Below are positions 1 through 37,307 of a stretch of 64,000 nucleotides of DNA, piece by piece. Position 1 is the stretch's first letter, and each line of letters starts with the position of its first letter. Both the position numbers and the translations under genes were made by a program. The stretch is from Flaccisagitta enflata (Eukaryota), in contig OZ231126.1 of the NCBI GenBank assembly GCA_965153355.1, positions 20,584,001 through 20,648,000 of the forward strand, read 5' to 3'. Below the pieces are notes generated by a model. That model saw nothing but the letters and a program-made list of their open reading frames with translations, searched no databases and had not been told where the DNA came from.

Positions 1-519
1 CTAGGCCCCCAACTCTTACAGCTTTTGTTTTCTGTTTTGTTTGCTTCTGTTTTGTTTTGCAATAGACAAAATAGAAAGCCTGAACCTTTTGTATGTATTG
101 ACACTGTCTTATCATTGGTTTGATCAATGATTTCATACTATTTTTATCTTTATACATGTATTTATATATCTAGCTAATCTTCTAGAGCTAGCTACATGTT
201 AAAATATTTTAGCTTAATCTAGCGATTTTTGGGGCCTAAAATAGCGAATTTCTGTTGGCCAGAGTTAGCACCAGAGGCGTGCAGTTCAATCACTTAATGA
301 GCCTTTTTCAATTTTGATCGATTTTGACGGAGTCCAAGATTTCGATTGTTAGGGTTATTGAGAACTACAGATAAACAGGGGCGGGAAAAACTAACGCACG
401 CTCCAGAGCTAACGTCCGAGCTTGTGAACAATGCGGCAGCTTGTGCTGAATTTCCCTTGCTACGCGGCAGCTTAGCAAAATCAGCACCTCTGACACAAAC
501 ATGCACGCACGCACGCTCA

Positions 520-574
<55 letters not shown>

Positions 575-578
575 ACGC

Positions 579-621
<43 letters not shown>

Positions 622-645
622 AACGGTTCGATATGCTACCTACAG

Positions 646-8563
<7,918 letters not shown>

Positions 8564-9546
8564 GGGTGCATTGCGCAGTTGCGTAGATTTTAACGCGGGC
8601 ATTGTGCAATTGTGTTAATTGCTTTGCAGTGCCTGACATTCGTTTTGCTCATAAACAATAGGACTTTTAACGATGTTAATGTCTCCGTCTTGCCAACATC
8701 GCTCAATATGATTCAACCAAAGTTAACCATCGCTAGTCAAATTAGCGTCACGACTCACGTAATTGTAATTTATAGAATTTTGCATGCTAATAATCGACTT
8801 GAATACTTATCGCATTTTATTATTGTATGTGTCTTTTTTTATCAATCGCATTTCATCATTTTGTGCGGTTTTTTTTTGTCATCATCCTTTTCGCTATTGG
8901 CTATCATCATGCCTGACTTCATATCCTTTATCCACCCATTGCATCCGGGATCAAAAAGTTATGTGCTTTTTATGTCGCTCTTGATTCTACTCAAAAACAG
9001 ATTAGCTACAGCGAAAGGAATGACAGTATGACATGTGCAACAAAAATAGAAAAATATAGTTAAAAAATTACTTGTCAAAAGATTGCAAAAGTAAGTATCT
9101 AATTAGAGATAAGGCCAAAAGGGGACAGTGTCTATCCATGTCTATATGAAAGATGGACAAAATTACTACGTGTCTAGACGTCTATATGTATAAATAGAGA
9201 AATTTTCATGATTCTCGAAGCCGATACTTAGCTAAGGCGATTTCCTACACTGCGTAGTTATTTCGAAGTTGTATCCAACTGTGTCGGATTTTTTTCTTTT
9301 ATTTTCCTATTTTTTTATTTTCTCTTTTTCTCATTTTTTTATTTCTTTTCCCTTCTTTGCCCTTGGCTATGGCTGGTAATACAATAAAGGACAGCGAGAG
9401 TACGAAGGTATTCTTTATTTTTTTTGTCATTCCATAGCTAAGGGTTGCCTCCAGGTCTTCTTTCGTGGTGGTAAGGGTTAGGGGGAGCAGGCAAGACAGA
9501 AAATACCTTGTTTAAGTTGTTTTGATTAGGTAAACTACCACGTTAG

Positions 9547-10334
9547 ATGTACAAATTTCTTCAGAAGGACTCGGAACAAGACGAATTTTATTCGGCCTTC
9601 AATCCTGAGCTCTTTGTCGTCCCTTTTGATATCGACGATGACAAAGAGGACGATGGCAAAAATAACGACGAAAACGACGATAAGAGTCGATCTAAGACGA
9701 AAGCGGGCAAACAAACGCAGTTGAGGTTCGACCTCAGCGATGAGATGATGTCGGAATCGCTCTTCGACGCGGACGCAAATGAGTCAGCGGCACCCGCAGC
9801 ATCGCGTTTCTCGGTATGATGCTGGGTTCGGGATGTTGATGAGACCATCAACATCAGACATTATAAGATATTAAATTCCAAAACCTTTTGCGTTTTTATT
9901 TTATCATATTTCATTCATCTTCCATTTTTTTCAAAACCCCTTTTTAGACGCTGATTTGTATATTGCTGTGTCGATGATTTTCTATCAGTATCATTGTTAC
10001 TGAACTTAATCAGATTCGACACATAAATATCTTGGTGTCAATTCAAGTTGCAACAAAGTAATGGTTGTTTATTTAATACCAAAGTTGTATTAAGAGACAA
10101 TAACCAATCTTTTCTGTAGAAGTTTTGAGTCTTATTTTCACCAAAACTCAGTGCAGATGCTGGAAGTATATATATTTTTGACAATCTTTTCTTACGCTAA
10201 AAAAATGGAAGATGATGGAAATTTGAAAAAATAAAAACGCTGAAAATTTTAGAATTCTTTTGTTTACACTCCCTAAAGTCGATAATTTAATCAAACATAC
10301 TTTTGCATATTGACACACCCGAATGCTGGGTGGC

Positions 10335-10372
<38 letters not shown>

Positions 10373-10629
10373 ATTTGTATGTGCGTCATTTCATTGTGCA
10401 GTTTCGCGGTTTATCAACCCTGGACGTGAATTGGTCCTCGATGTTGTTTGGTGCACTCACGGCCGGATTCGTGTTGCTTTTGTCAGCGAAAAGAGCGGCT
10501 CATCGAAACGGAGGAATTCTGCGCGCCGGAGAGGCGCCGTGTTCGGGAAGGGCGCCCGGAACCAAAGTCGCCCTCTTTGGACCGAATGCAGATCCCATTA
10601 AGAAAGTCTTCACGGCTTCGAATTGTTGA
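9547..10629 (+). CDS. Hypothetical protein of about 165 aa: acidic N-terminal part and a single C-proximal TM helix
   Basis: Exons 9547-9813 (TCG|GTATGA) and 10402-10629 (GTGCAG|) join in phase 0. TM candidate WSSMLFGALTAGFVLLLS. No family recognised. Confidence 0.45.
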
Positions 10630-10715
10630 GATATCTTATTTGATCAAATGAGCTGACTGAAGAAATGATCATTCTGAATTTGAATTGCGCTGATTAGAAT
10701 AAAATCTTCGTTGTA

Positions 10716-11961
10716 CAGTGCGGCGCATAAATAAGTAGCCAGCACTTTCAAAAGCTTTTTGTGTCAGTCCTGGCAATTAAAAACACTAAAAATTTGTGAG
10801 ATTCTTAAAGATCTTCGAAAGTTCTACAAATCTAGCCTAATCCCAGACTTATATCTCGATTTGCTAGGAATTTATACAAGTTCAAAGATGAGAAGTAATT
10901 TAGAAGAATCTAACACTGAACAAACACTGGCAAAACACAAAATGGACTTAGTTTTTCTTTGATAGATCAAAAACAAATCATGATAAAGACTTCAAATCCA
11001 TGAGCATTTCAAAGAGCTTCGAAAACTCTACAAATCTTGTCCAATCAGAGATTTGTAGCTTGATTCGTTTTCAAATGACATCAGTTTAAAGAAAACAATT
11101 CACACTGCCCTCTCATAGCAAGATCAGGTGAAAAGTAACATTACTGTAGGTTTTTTCATAGTTTTGTATAGAATCTGAGCTCTATTTACTGGAACTAATG
11201 AAGATAAAATCTTGTCAAGAGCGCTTTTGGAGATTTTCATAAATATTGGTGGTTTTAAGCCTTCTTTTTCCTGTAGATTCAACTGGGTATTTCAGAAATA
11301 CTTTTTGTCAGCAAATTCGTATTCCTGGGGAAATTTCCATTCATTTGATAGGTCGCAACATATACTTTTACATAGAAATAAGATTTTCAGTTTTTAAGCC
11401 ACCGTTGCAAAATTGTAACGGTGGCTTAAAAATGGGAAATCGCATTTTTGGATAAAATTATATAGTGCGACCTATCAAATGAATGGAAATTTCACCAGGA
11501 ATTCAAATATGCTGTCAAAAAAGATTTTCAAAATACCCAGAAGAATCTACATTGAAAAAAAGGGTATAAACCATCAATTTTTATGAAAATCTCAAAAAGC
11601 GCTCTTGACAAGATTTTATCTTTATTTGTTCCAGTAAATAGAGCTCAGATTCTATACAAAACAATGAAAAAACCTACAGTAATATTACTTTTCTCCGGAT
11701 CTTGCCGTGAGAGGGTAGTGTTCAGTTTTCTGATTGTCAAAAAAGAGCTAATTATTTGTCCCTTTTCCCAACATGGTTTTGATATGCTTCTATTCAAACT
11801 AACGTCACTTCTAAACAAAAAGAGCCACAAATTTGAGATTGGTCTCAAATTAAAAGAAATTAAAAATCCTTTAATATCATCACTAACAAATTTATCCTAT
11901 CATTTCTAGAATAAGCAAAATAGTCTTTACAAAAGTGGCTACTTATTTATGCGCCTCACTG
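10716..11961. mobile_element. Non-autonomous Tc1-like element
   Basis: TIR CAGTG(C/A)GGCGCATAAATAAGTAGCCA at both ends with TA flanks; no transposase ORF seen. Confidence 0.8.
11103..11720. mobile_element. Foldback MITE nested in the Tc1-like element, 4-bp TSD TTCA (Chapaev-like)
   Basis: Palindromic arms CACT(G/A)CCCTCTCA..GCAAGATC with a central hairpin at about 11392-11431. TTCA at 11099-11102 and 11721-11724. Confidence 0.75.
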
Positions 11962-12180
11962 TAACACGACAATATTGGTCTTGGTCTCTCCCTAGAATTA
12001 TGAACAATTGATGCGAATGAGAGGAAGAAACAACGAGTGAAGAAGGTAGAATACAAAAGTCCCCTGACCAAACAGATCGGATATCACAAACAGTGTTTTG
12101 GAATATCGGCAATGGATAAAAGAAAGAATGAATAAAGAGAAGAAAAAACCAAACCAAAAGATATGAAAGAATGAAAACAC

Positions 12181-12230
<50 letters not shown>

Positions 12231-12685
12231 ATTATATTTTATGTGCACATACATATTATATATATACACATACACACACGCACACCGTTCGATTTCTAGG
12301 TGGTAGAGTCACATCGAGTGGCAGGCAGAAATTGAAAAGGTTTCTTTTTGGCCTTTAGGGCCAATGCGGCATTATAGTAAAATGCACGGTATCATTTGGT
12401 TGATTGTCGTGAGTGACGGGAAAAACAAGGCCATCCAACGAAGGCTTGACCGACGGACGGACGGACTTTCGGATATACATCTACTCGTATAGAGATACTT
12501 CGGTGCACGTAAACAATAACAACATGCTTGTGGGATGTGCTGTTTTACAGAACGGAGCGCAAGACATGACATGCAAAATCTGGTTGAGAAATGTCCAGAT
12601 AAAAATGCGCGATAAAAACTGGCTGTTAACTCTCCGCATCATTGTTCGCTTGAAAATAATGATTTTTTATTTCTTTTTGTCTTAG

Positions 12686-14679
<1,994 letters not shown>

Positions 14680-14692
14680 ATGCCTTCCGTCA

Positions 14693-14769
<77 letters not shown>

Positions 14770-15900
14770 GCGCGCATATGCGCACACTGATACAATTCTA
14801 CGGAAAAGAGCCACAACGTTCCATCGATTAATTATTTCAGATAATTGACTAATGGCTTTCCTTGATCATTAGAAATAGAATACCAGATAATCATTTGCTT
14901 TTGATTCTAGGTTAGTAAACAGTTATCAGAGAGAGAGAGAGAGAGAGAGAAACTGAGAGATAGACATCAGAGAAGAGTGACAGAAAGAAATATCGTCAGT
15001 ATATTCCCAGATACTCCCTGTATAATCCCAGAATTATTATCAGTATATTGCCAGTTACACCCTATCAATATTATCAGATACACCCTAAGTATTCCCAGAA
15101 ATATTATAAGTATATTCAAAGATACACCTACTATTCCCTGCGAAATGAGCTGATATACTGTGTAGTGTACACTCGTCATGAATCCTATTATCGGATTTTC
15201 GCTCGTTAAAGCTCGAAATTGATGCGACTTAGGTATGGAAATTGTCGCGTAAAATCATCTCGAAAATTCAAGGAATGCTCGAGAGCGTTCAGAGATTGCG
15301 CAGTGGCATCGGCAGCGGCAGCAAAGTAGCGGCAGCGCAGAGCGAAGGTAGGCAGGGTGGGTCAGGTAAGTTGTTCCTCAACTCGAAAAACAGGTTTTTC
15401 GATGATGATGACTCAGTGTCAACCGACTAGACAGGATGGTATGGAATAAGGTCATGATGAATGCTAGTTAGCTCAGCGTTTGATTATGCATCAATAGAAT
15501 CCAATAGAATCCAATGTTGTTGTCTCACCCGCCATTCAACATCTTGGGTGAGTTTTAATGGTTGCAATCTCACTTTTTTTGTCCCCGGGGTGTCATCGAA
15601 AGAGAATCCAGGGGACTCGTTGCTGCTGCTGAACTGCCATCGTCTGCTGCTTATTCAGCGTCCTTTCCAATTTACGTTTACCCACCGAGTTAAAAAAATG
15701 TATACGAAGTTATATTAATTGAAAATGTGCAATATTTTTTATCGAAAAAAGGCACCCCAAAGTCTTTTTATTTGTCTCAGCCTACAAATCAAAAACCAAA
15801 TCAAATTACTGTCGTTTTTTTGATAAATAAAAAAATCCACTCTTTCTCGAATAATTGAAAAGAGTATTGTTTTTTGAAAAAGGGAGTTTGAACTAGATTC

Positions 15901-15939
<39 letters not shown>

Positions 15940-16175
15940 GTCAGATTTGGTTTCACTGCCGGCATATCATCCAGTTACAAATAAAACAATCCAAGAAGAA
16001 AAAACAAAACAAATGACAACAAACAGAGAATCTCCGACTTAAATTGTAAACGCTTTTCATAATCTGTGAATAATCTGTGAATTGGTTGATATTTTCCAAA
16101 TTCGTCGTTTTCGGTGTCATTCGACGTCGCAACTGAATTTCTTTTGACATTTTGGACCCTGCTGTCGACGTCATC

Positions 16176-18294
<2,119 letters not shown>

Positions 18295-18302
18295 AATTAA
18301 CG

Positions 18303-18609
18303 GTTTTAGATGCGTCCGTCAGGAACGCATCTGTATAAAAGGGTTTGTCCGTCGGTCCGTCCGTCCGTCCGTCGGTCCGTCGGTATGTCCGTCCGTTACG
18401 CAAGTGGAAAAAACGCATTCCTCGGTTGTTTTTGGCCACGATGAGATGCTATACTGAATCAAATGATCGACAAACATGTTTTGAAGGTTTCCTTTACTAC
18501 GCTGGTCGATTCATCTGTCTGTTTGTCCATCTGTCTCTCCATATATGTCACATGTTCAATACACGCAGAGACATAACCCGGACGCATCTTTGCCCGGTCG
18601 GGCTTGTTG
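18303..18609 (+). mobile_element. DINE-1/HINE-like element (AGATGCGTC subtype)
   Basis: TTTTAGATGCGTC..ACGCATCT, (GTCC/GTCG)n, 3' GACGCATCT followed by a GCCCG..CGGGC hairpin and TTGTT. A shorter copy lies at 6261-6397. Confidence 0.65.
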
Positions 18610-19183
18610 TTATCTTTTTAACACGAATACCAAAGAGATAGTGGTGCTTTTAGTTTTTATACGCCGTAGAAATCTAGTGATAGCGCTTAGCAAACAAACC
18701 AATTGTGATATTGTATTGGCTCTTTTGGCACAAAAAAAAGTTTTTTCATATTTTTTAGCATCGTCTGACTTCTTTTTTAACAATGTTTAGACCCTATTAT
18801 GGGGAAAGTTTTAGATTGTATAGATGCGGTTGATTAAGGATCATGTACTGTATTTATCTACCCTCACCAAATCGGCAAACTGAAATGTTTAAACGTTACT
18901 CATGGGTATTTAGAAAGTCCCGCTTTACTGTCAGTATCACTTTTACTTTGCCATTCGCTTCAGAAACATTTTTTTTTCGTTCACTCTCTCAATAGTTCCC
19001 TCTTTTTTCTAGGATCAAATGATACAAACTCAGTTCTTGAATGAAATTTTTGTTGACAAAACCTATCACTGTTACACTATGAAGGATCTAGGTGGGAGAA
19101 ATATGTCTATTTTTGCACAAGACGGAACCTAAAAAGAGGTAAAAAAGTAAACAAAAACAAACGAAGAAACAAATAAAGAAACA

Positions 19184-22523
<3,340 letters not shown>

Positions 22524-24348
22524 GTTTGAGATGAGCACAGAAAGAAGATATTACGCGTTTGTAACATGCATCCAATGACATGAAACTCATGACGTTCAAG
22601 CAGTTATTTTCTTGTACATCCTGAATACTGCTTCAAATTTCACCCGGTGAAGATTATTCAGCACCTGTCAGTCGCTCTCATCTATCTCCCCATCAGGATC
22701 ACACAGTTTTGTACTTTTGGCTCAATTGAGTACCGTTGACTATCCGACGACACTAATTTGCATAAAGCAGTGAGATAAATGAAAATAATCTCGATTGAAA
22801 TTCATTGCATGAAAAGTCGAATTTCGATGTGTAACCATATAAGAGGTGGCAAAGTGTTATAATATGAAAAAAAAAACCGGTTCATAAGCAAACAAAGGCC
22901 AACACCTATAAGTCGCGTGCGAGGCTTACAGATTGACTTAGAATGACTTAGAATGACTTAGTTTACCCTTAAATGACTTAAAGAAATAAGATTGATAAAA
23001 AAAAGTAAAATGGGGACCGACCAACCGACCGGCCGTACCGACGGACGGACCGGCAAAGCGGGGTGTAGAGTCGCGTGCACGCGACTAAAGATAGTAGCAC
23101 ATCCTCACTTATACCAGGAAGCGTATTTGCATCTCCTTTCCATTAAATGAGATTAGTAAATAGAATTAGTAATAGAATCTTCGTACCCCGAGATCGTGCT
23201 ATCCCGTTTAGTATATCAGCCTCGGGATCAAGTCACCACTTTAACGGCGCGTGGGTGGATGTTTCCCGCTGATATACATTGTCAAGCCCCTCTGACCTTC
23301 CTATAATCTAATTTCGGAAGCGAGGCCATCTAAATTTGCCCGTTTTGCGTGCACACAACAACCATTCTCTGCAGTTTTTGCGAAGGGGAGTCTGATGGCG
23401 CTTCGATCGAGGAAAATCGAAACTCGGAGACGGAAAACAGAAGAAACGGAAACAAAAGTGAATCGCAAAAACAACTCGTAGCTTCGCGGAAAAGAAGGAC
23501 AAAATACTAAGTGAATGTGACCATCAATGATGAAATCAAAAGCGAGATGTGAAAACCACTCGTCACATGAGAGAAGAAAAAGAAAACTAACCATTTCATT
23601 TGTAATTGACGATGATTGTAATCAACATCGACGTCAATTGTTTATACTATACATAAACTGACTCAACTTAGTGTCTGAATTATGAATGAATTCCATAAAG
23701 GTCTCTGTCTTCAAAACAATATGGAATCTCATTGGGAGACATTTATCAAAATAGGCATTTGGAATTTGGCCTAGTTACTTGTACGCAAATTCGTCATCTA
23801 TATCCCCTAAAAACCTCAACATTTCCACCAACGCCATAAGGTTGTTTTAAATATGGCGTCACTTGCATGGACTGGAATCATCACGGACTTTTTACGGTAC
23901 CCTCATCCCTAGATGTAATTTCATAGTCTCGCAATTAACAGCAACATACAGTCATACACCCCCTCAAACTCCATGTGTCATACTGCCCGCGACTTTGTAT
24001 CGTAATGTTACTCTCGTTGGTCATGTCATCTCTTGTCGTCTCATTACCCATATACGCTACGCTACGCTACTGTCCCGCCGGTGTCTTGTATCTCTTTATG
24101 ACGTGCCATTTAACTAAACAAGTTCTTTTCTTAACGCCCGTCGCGTCGCATTTGTTTTTGTCAATCCGTTTTAGTCAGTGATAAAAAGCCTTGTGAAAGT
24201 TTGATAAAATGATGAAAAACTCGCGAAAATAACAAAACAAGACAATAAAGACAAAGACAATAAAGACAAAGACAATAGTGCTCAAATCAAAACGAACATA
24301 AATGAAACTCTGAGGCGACTGCAAGTCAACAAAAAAAAACCCCGAACG

Positions 24349-33004
<8,656 letters not shown>

Positions 33005-33542
33005 AAGTGAATGGAATGTCGCGGTTGTATCAGACATGACATCGCCAGATGGACAATAGCTGGTACAAACAACCGCGGCAAAAATGGTAAAACCAATAGC
33101 AGCAATTATCGGCAGAGAAATAATGCGTCGCCATGAATTATTGACACGTCTACAAGGATAATAAAAACCAATAACAACAACAACAACACGGGGAGGGGGC
33201 AGAAAATTCTTTAGGTCCAAGGCACAATTTTTCGCCGAGCTATTAGTCCAACTTTTAATAACAGCTATCATCGCGCAAATATAGTGTAAAACCACTGGTT
33301 TTCTGCATCTTAGCTTTAATTTCATAGAAACCATGAGTTTCTGCAATTTAAAGACCTACAATCTACATCAAAAGAATGAGAGATTAAACCTTTAGCCCAA
33401 CTGATCCTTCTGATCTTTTTTCATTTTCTTCTATTTTCCCCTCATTCACCTGATTTTTTCTTAAATCAAATCTGTAAGTCCGATATTTAAGTTGTAGTTC
33501 CGAGGCACAATGTGCAAAGTGTGCCCCTGTTTCTGCCACCAT

Positions 33543-33611
<69 letters not shown>

Positions 33612-33643
33612 TCAAAAACAACAACGACAACAACAACAACAAC

Positions 33644-33737
<94 letters not shown>
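33543..33737. repeat. (AAC)n microsatellite
   Basis: Read directly from the sequence. Confidence 0.95.
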
Positions 33738-33738
<1 letters not shown>

Positions 33739-34905
33739 TCTATAAATCATAACCCAGTACCCACACCCCACGTCCCACAGCAAGACTCCCAAGAGCAGCA
33801 GCCGCAGCAGCAAGAAACATCAATTAATTTCAAAGTCCAATGTCCCATGGACACATTTTGTCTACCCCATCACTACGTGCTATGAAACTACATTATGGTG
33901 TTTGTTTCTTTTATCATTTTCCTGTCGTTATGAAATCCTTAGGCTGTTGTCTTTTTCTTATTATGACCCTTTCTCAAACAACAATTAGCAATCATTCTTT
34001 GTAGGCGTTAACTTTTTTCACCCCGTTTCTGTATTCCAAACCCAACATTTACACATTATATTGGCCAATCACATACCATAAATGTGGTCTTTTTTTTGTT
34101 TACCAAATTCAAACTAATCACTTCATGCTTCTTTGTCATTGATTGTACATCCATTTTCTTGTTCCTCTATGTAAATCTGTCCTGTCCTAGTTTTTATCAT
34201 CAGTATAATGTATTCGCATACGAACTTTATTCAATTTTATGATCCACCATCTTGAAACTACTGAGATTCATATTCCGTTTCTCTGCTAAAATCCCGATCA
34301 TATAACTCCGAAGTCTATTCGTGATGCAGTAGCTGGTACTTAAAATGTGTGTCATTGCGTCATTGCATCTTATATTTCATCAAAAGAATGAGTAGCGCTA
34401 ATTGCATGGCACGACGTAGTGCTAGTAGTATAGTAGGGGGCGATATCAGCAAGGGTTAAAAAGCTCGCTCGAAAAAGATTTTAAGCACTTTGACTAAAGT
34501 GAGGACGCTGAATAAAACTGTGGAAATGTAAGATATTTTGTGTATACTAAATGGTATAGGCCTGTCCAACCCTATACTAATGAGGTATGCAGTCAAGCTG
34601 ATAGTTTTGTCAGGTAAGCTTTTTGTTTGTTAATAGTAAAGGATAGTTGTGAGCAATCCGGAGTAAACACCATTGAAAGCTTGCAAGGCTTTCATCCTTT
34701 GTATATTGGAGAATTCTGGCCTCCTTTTATAAGGGCAATGTTGTTTCAACTTTCATAAGTCTTCAGCATTGCTCGTTTTGATGTTTTACAAACTTATTTC
34801 ATAAAAAAAGTGGGAAAAAAGACAACAATTACTCTACGACTTCTTTCTAAAACTCGTCTCCACTGACATTTTCTCTAAGTAAGAGTTAACCTTTCAATGT
34901 ATCAT

Positions 34906-35420
34906 TTGCGTGCTTCGCATAGCAAAAAATTTGATTTTCATCTCTCCCCGCTAACCTAATATGGAGTGAAAAAAATCATGAAGATGACTGTTTTCCTTTT
35001 CTTAAAATTCCTTCATCTTCCGTTTTTGTTTTGGCCTTAAAGTTTACTCAGATTTCCCAGAATTCAGCAAAATCCTGTATAGTCTTGTTACAAAAGGAAC
35101 AATTGTTAGTTTTAGAAAACCATGATTTTTTTGAAAATAAATCAAAATATAAGAGCATAAGTCATGTAGGAGCTTGTGAAAAAGCAGGTTAACAATTCTC
35201 CAAAGAGCAGAAGTTTATAAAAGCTAATTCAGAGAAGATCAGCATACTTTTTTAACCCACTGCAATATACAAATTAGGCTCTCAAAAACAATTTTCTAAA
35301 AAACGGAAGATGAACAATTTTTGATAAAAGAAAAATGGTAAGGGTCCTAAAATTGCCTACTCCTCATTAGGTAAAGAGGATGAAAAGAAATAAGCCACTT
35401 TTGCTATGTGAAGCACCCAA
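34906..35420. mobile_element. Mutator-like MITE, 9-bp TSD ATGTATCAT
   Basis: TIR TTGCGTGCTTCGCATAGCAAAA / TTTTGCTATGTGAAGCACCCAA. TSD at 34897-34905 and 35421-35429. Confidence 0.8.
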
Positions 35421-35745
35421 ATGTATCATTGCGCGTTGAGAAAGAAAGACAGACCGGCTAAAACCAACCATAAAATGGACAGATGGATACACCGACGTGC
35501 AGACAGTTCATCACTTTACCAAGGGTGAATCCGACTGCATGCAGCAGGCTGTGTCATGCAATTTATTACCATGAAAAAATTGATTTGGTAAGACGTAACG
35601 CCAGTGCGTAACCCACTACAGCATAATAAGACAAGGAAAATCGCACCATAAAAATCACCTTTACCTGCATCTTCCTCCGAGTAAGGAAGTAGATCTGGAA
35701 GGAAAAGTTTAATATCTTCTAAACTTAATGAGTGACATATATGAA

Positions 35746-35941
35746 AACAAGGCCGGATACACGGCTACCCCAGTCGCGTGTGGGTGGGCAGGGGCCGTAA
35801 TTGAGGTAACCAGATCATTTGGGCAGGAGCAGTGAAGCCAAAAATGCCAAAAAAACCAAAAAAGTAAAGTGTGACGGACGGACAGACCGACGGACGGACC
35901 GACAAAGCCGGGTGTAGAGTCGCGTAGCACGCGACTAAAAA
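35746..35941 (-). mobile_element. DINE-1/HINE-like element (AGTCGCGTG subtype), full-length
   Basis: On the minus strand: TTTTTAGTCGCGTGCTACGCGACT, (GTCC/GTCG)n, CACGCGACT, GCCGTGTATCCGGC hairpin, TTGTT. Near-identical to 50837-51056. Confidence 0.75.
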
Positions 35942-36229
35942 TTGCTTATGCTTGGTTTTTGTCAATTTTCTAAAAATTTTTGTAGGGTTTTCTAACACTG
36001 GTATTTGACATTCTAAAAAGGAAAAATAATTTTCAGAGTAACTTCATTTTGAAGCAATGATAGCCTTAAGAGGCCCACGATATCATTTGATTCATTTCAT
36101 TGTCACACTTTATCGTGAGTCGGTGAGTGTATTTTAAAGTGAGTGTATTTTTCAACCATTTTTGTTTCATCATTTACGGAATGCCGGATCATTTTTCATT
36201 TCGAATCAATTCAGAAGTCACAAGTCATA

Positions 36230-36404
36230 TCAATGAGTGTGTCCGCAGGCGATATATTGGATGATGAGTCTGCCCGAGTCGGTCGATTTCCCATTGATCG
36301 TAAACGTGACTCCGCTTTTGGACAAGCTTTTGTGGTTGACGTCAGCAGTGCGCTCAACCAAAACTTTCAAACCATAGCCAAGCGCGGGTGTATCGGTAAA
36401 TCCA
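36230..36404 (-). CDS. Terminal exon encoding an H-type-lectin-like domain
   Basis: Acceptor CCTATCAG| then GFTDTPALGYGLKVL...LSKSGVTFTI...IIQYIACGHTH*. This resembles the F..TPAL.YGL..L / ..G(F)..I / (W/Y)(M/I)ACG pattern of invertebrate H-type lectins. Recognised by eye; upstream exons unresolved. Confidence 0.55.
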
Positions 36405-36624
36405 CTGATAGGTTTTAAACGAATGGAGACAATTGGTTGATTACAGAGACTACTAACAATCAATATTGATAAATGCCCAACGCCCAAACGCCCAAACCTT
36501 GCTTCCAATTTCAGTCAGCAGTCTTTCTATCTACTGACTATTGATCGGAAAACTTAGATTTTTGCTCATGCAATTATGATTGGTTCACAGTGAGAGAACA
36601 TACCAATAAGGGCGGCTAATCGCC

Positions 36625-36721
<97 letters not shown>

Positions 36722-36772
36722 GAGAGAGAGAGAGACACACAGAGAGACAGACAGACAGACAGAGACAGAGAC

Positions 36773-36858
<86 letters not shown>

Positions 36859-37307
36859 CAATTAACTCAAATCCGCGTTTTGAGGAAAAATGAGAAAAAT
36901 GCAAAAAAATAAAAAAAGATTTAAAAAATCATAGCTCCAAAAGTATTGATCACACAGAATTCTGCTTGGCGTCATCTGAAAGAGGAGAATAAGCTCTTTC
37001 TTAGCTATTAATTTCATGCGTAGTCTCGTTCTGCCCCCAAAATGTATCAACTTCCCCAAACGCTTCATAAAACAAAGGGAAATCCGTTTTTCTCTGCAGG
37101 ACTCAAAAAGACCGAAGGGACTTCGTCTCTTCGACTTTTTTCCAAACAATCATAATTGATTCACTTGCATTCAATTGTCCCGTTACCTCGTAAAAGTGAC
37201 GCTTTTCTCAGTAACCAAATGAAACGTAACTTTGCCCGCTTCACAAGTCAGTTGACCTAAGCAGTGCATAAATATACATATTTAGAATTCACATTATGTA
37301 TAAACGC

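Noticed and set aside
15242-15430. Short ORF with a strong CAG|GTAAGT donor at about 15366
   Set aside because: It could be a 5' UTR exon of claudin A, but no acceptor or coding link can be supported from sequence alone.
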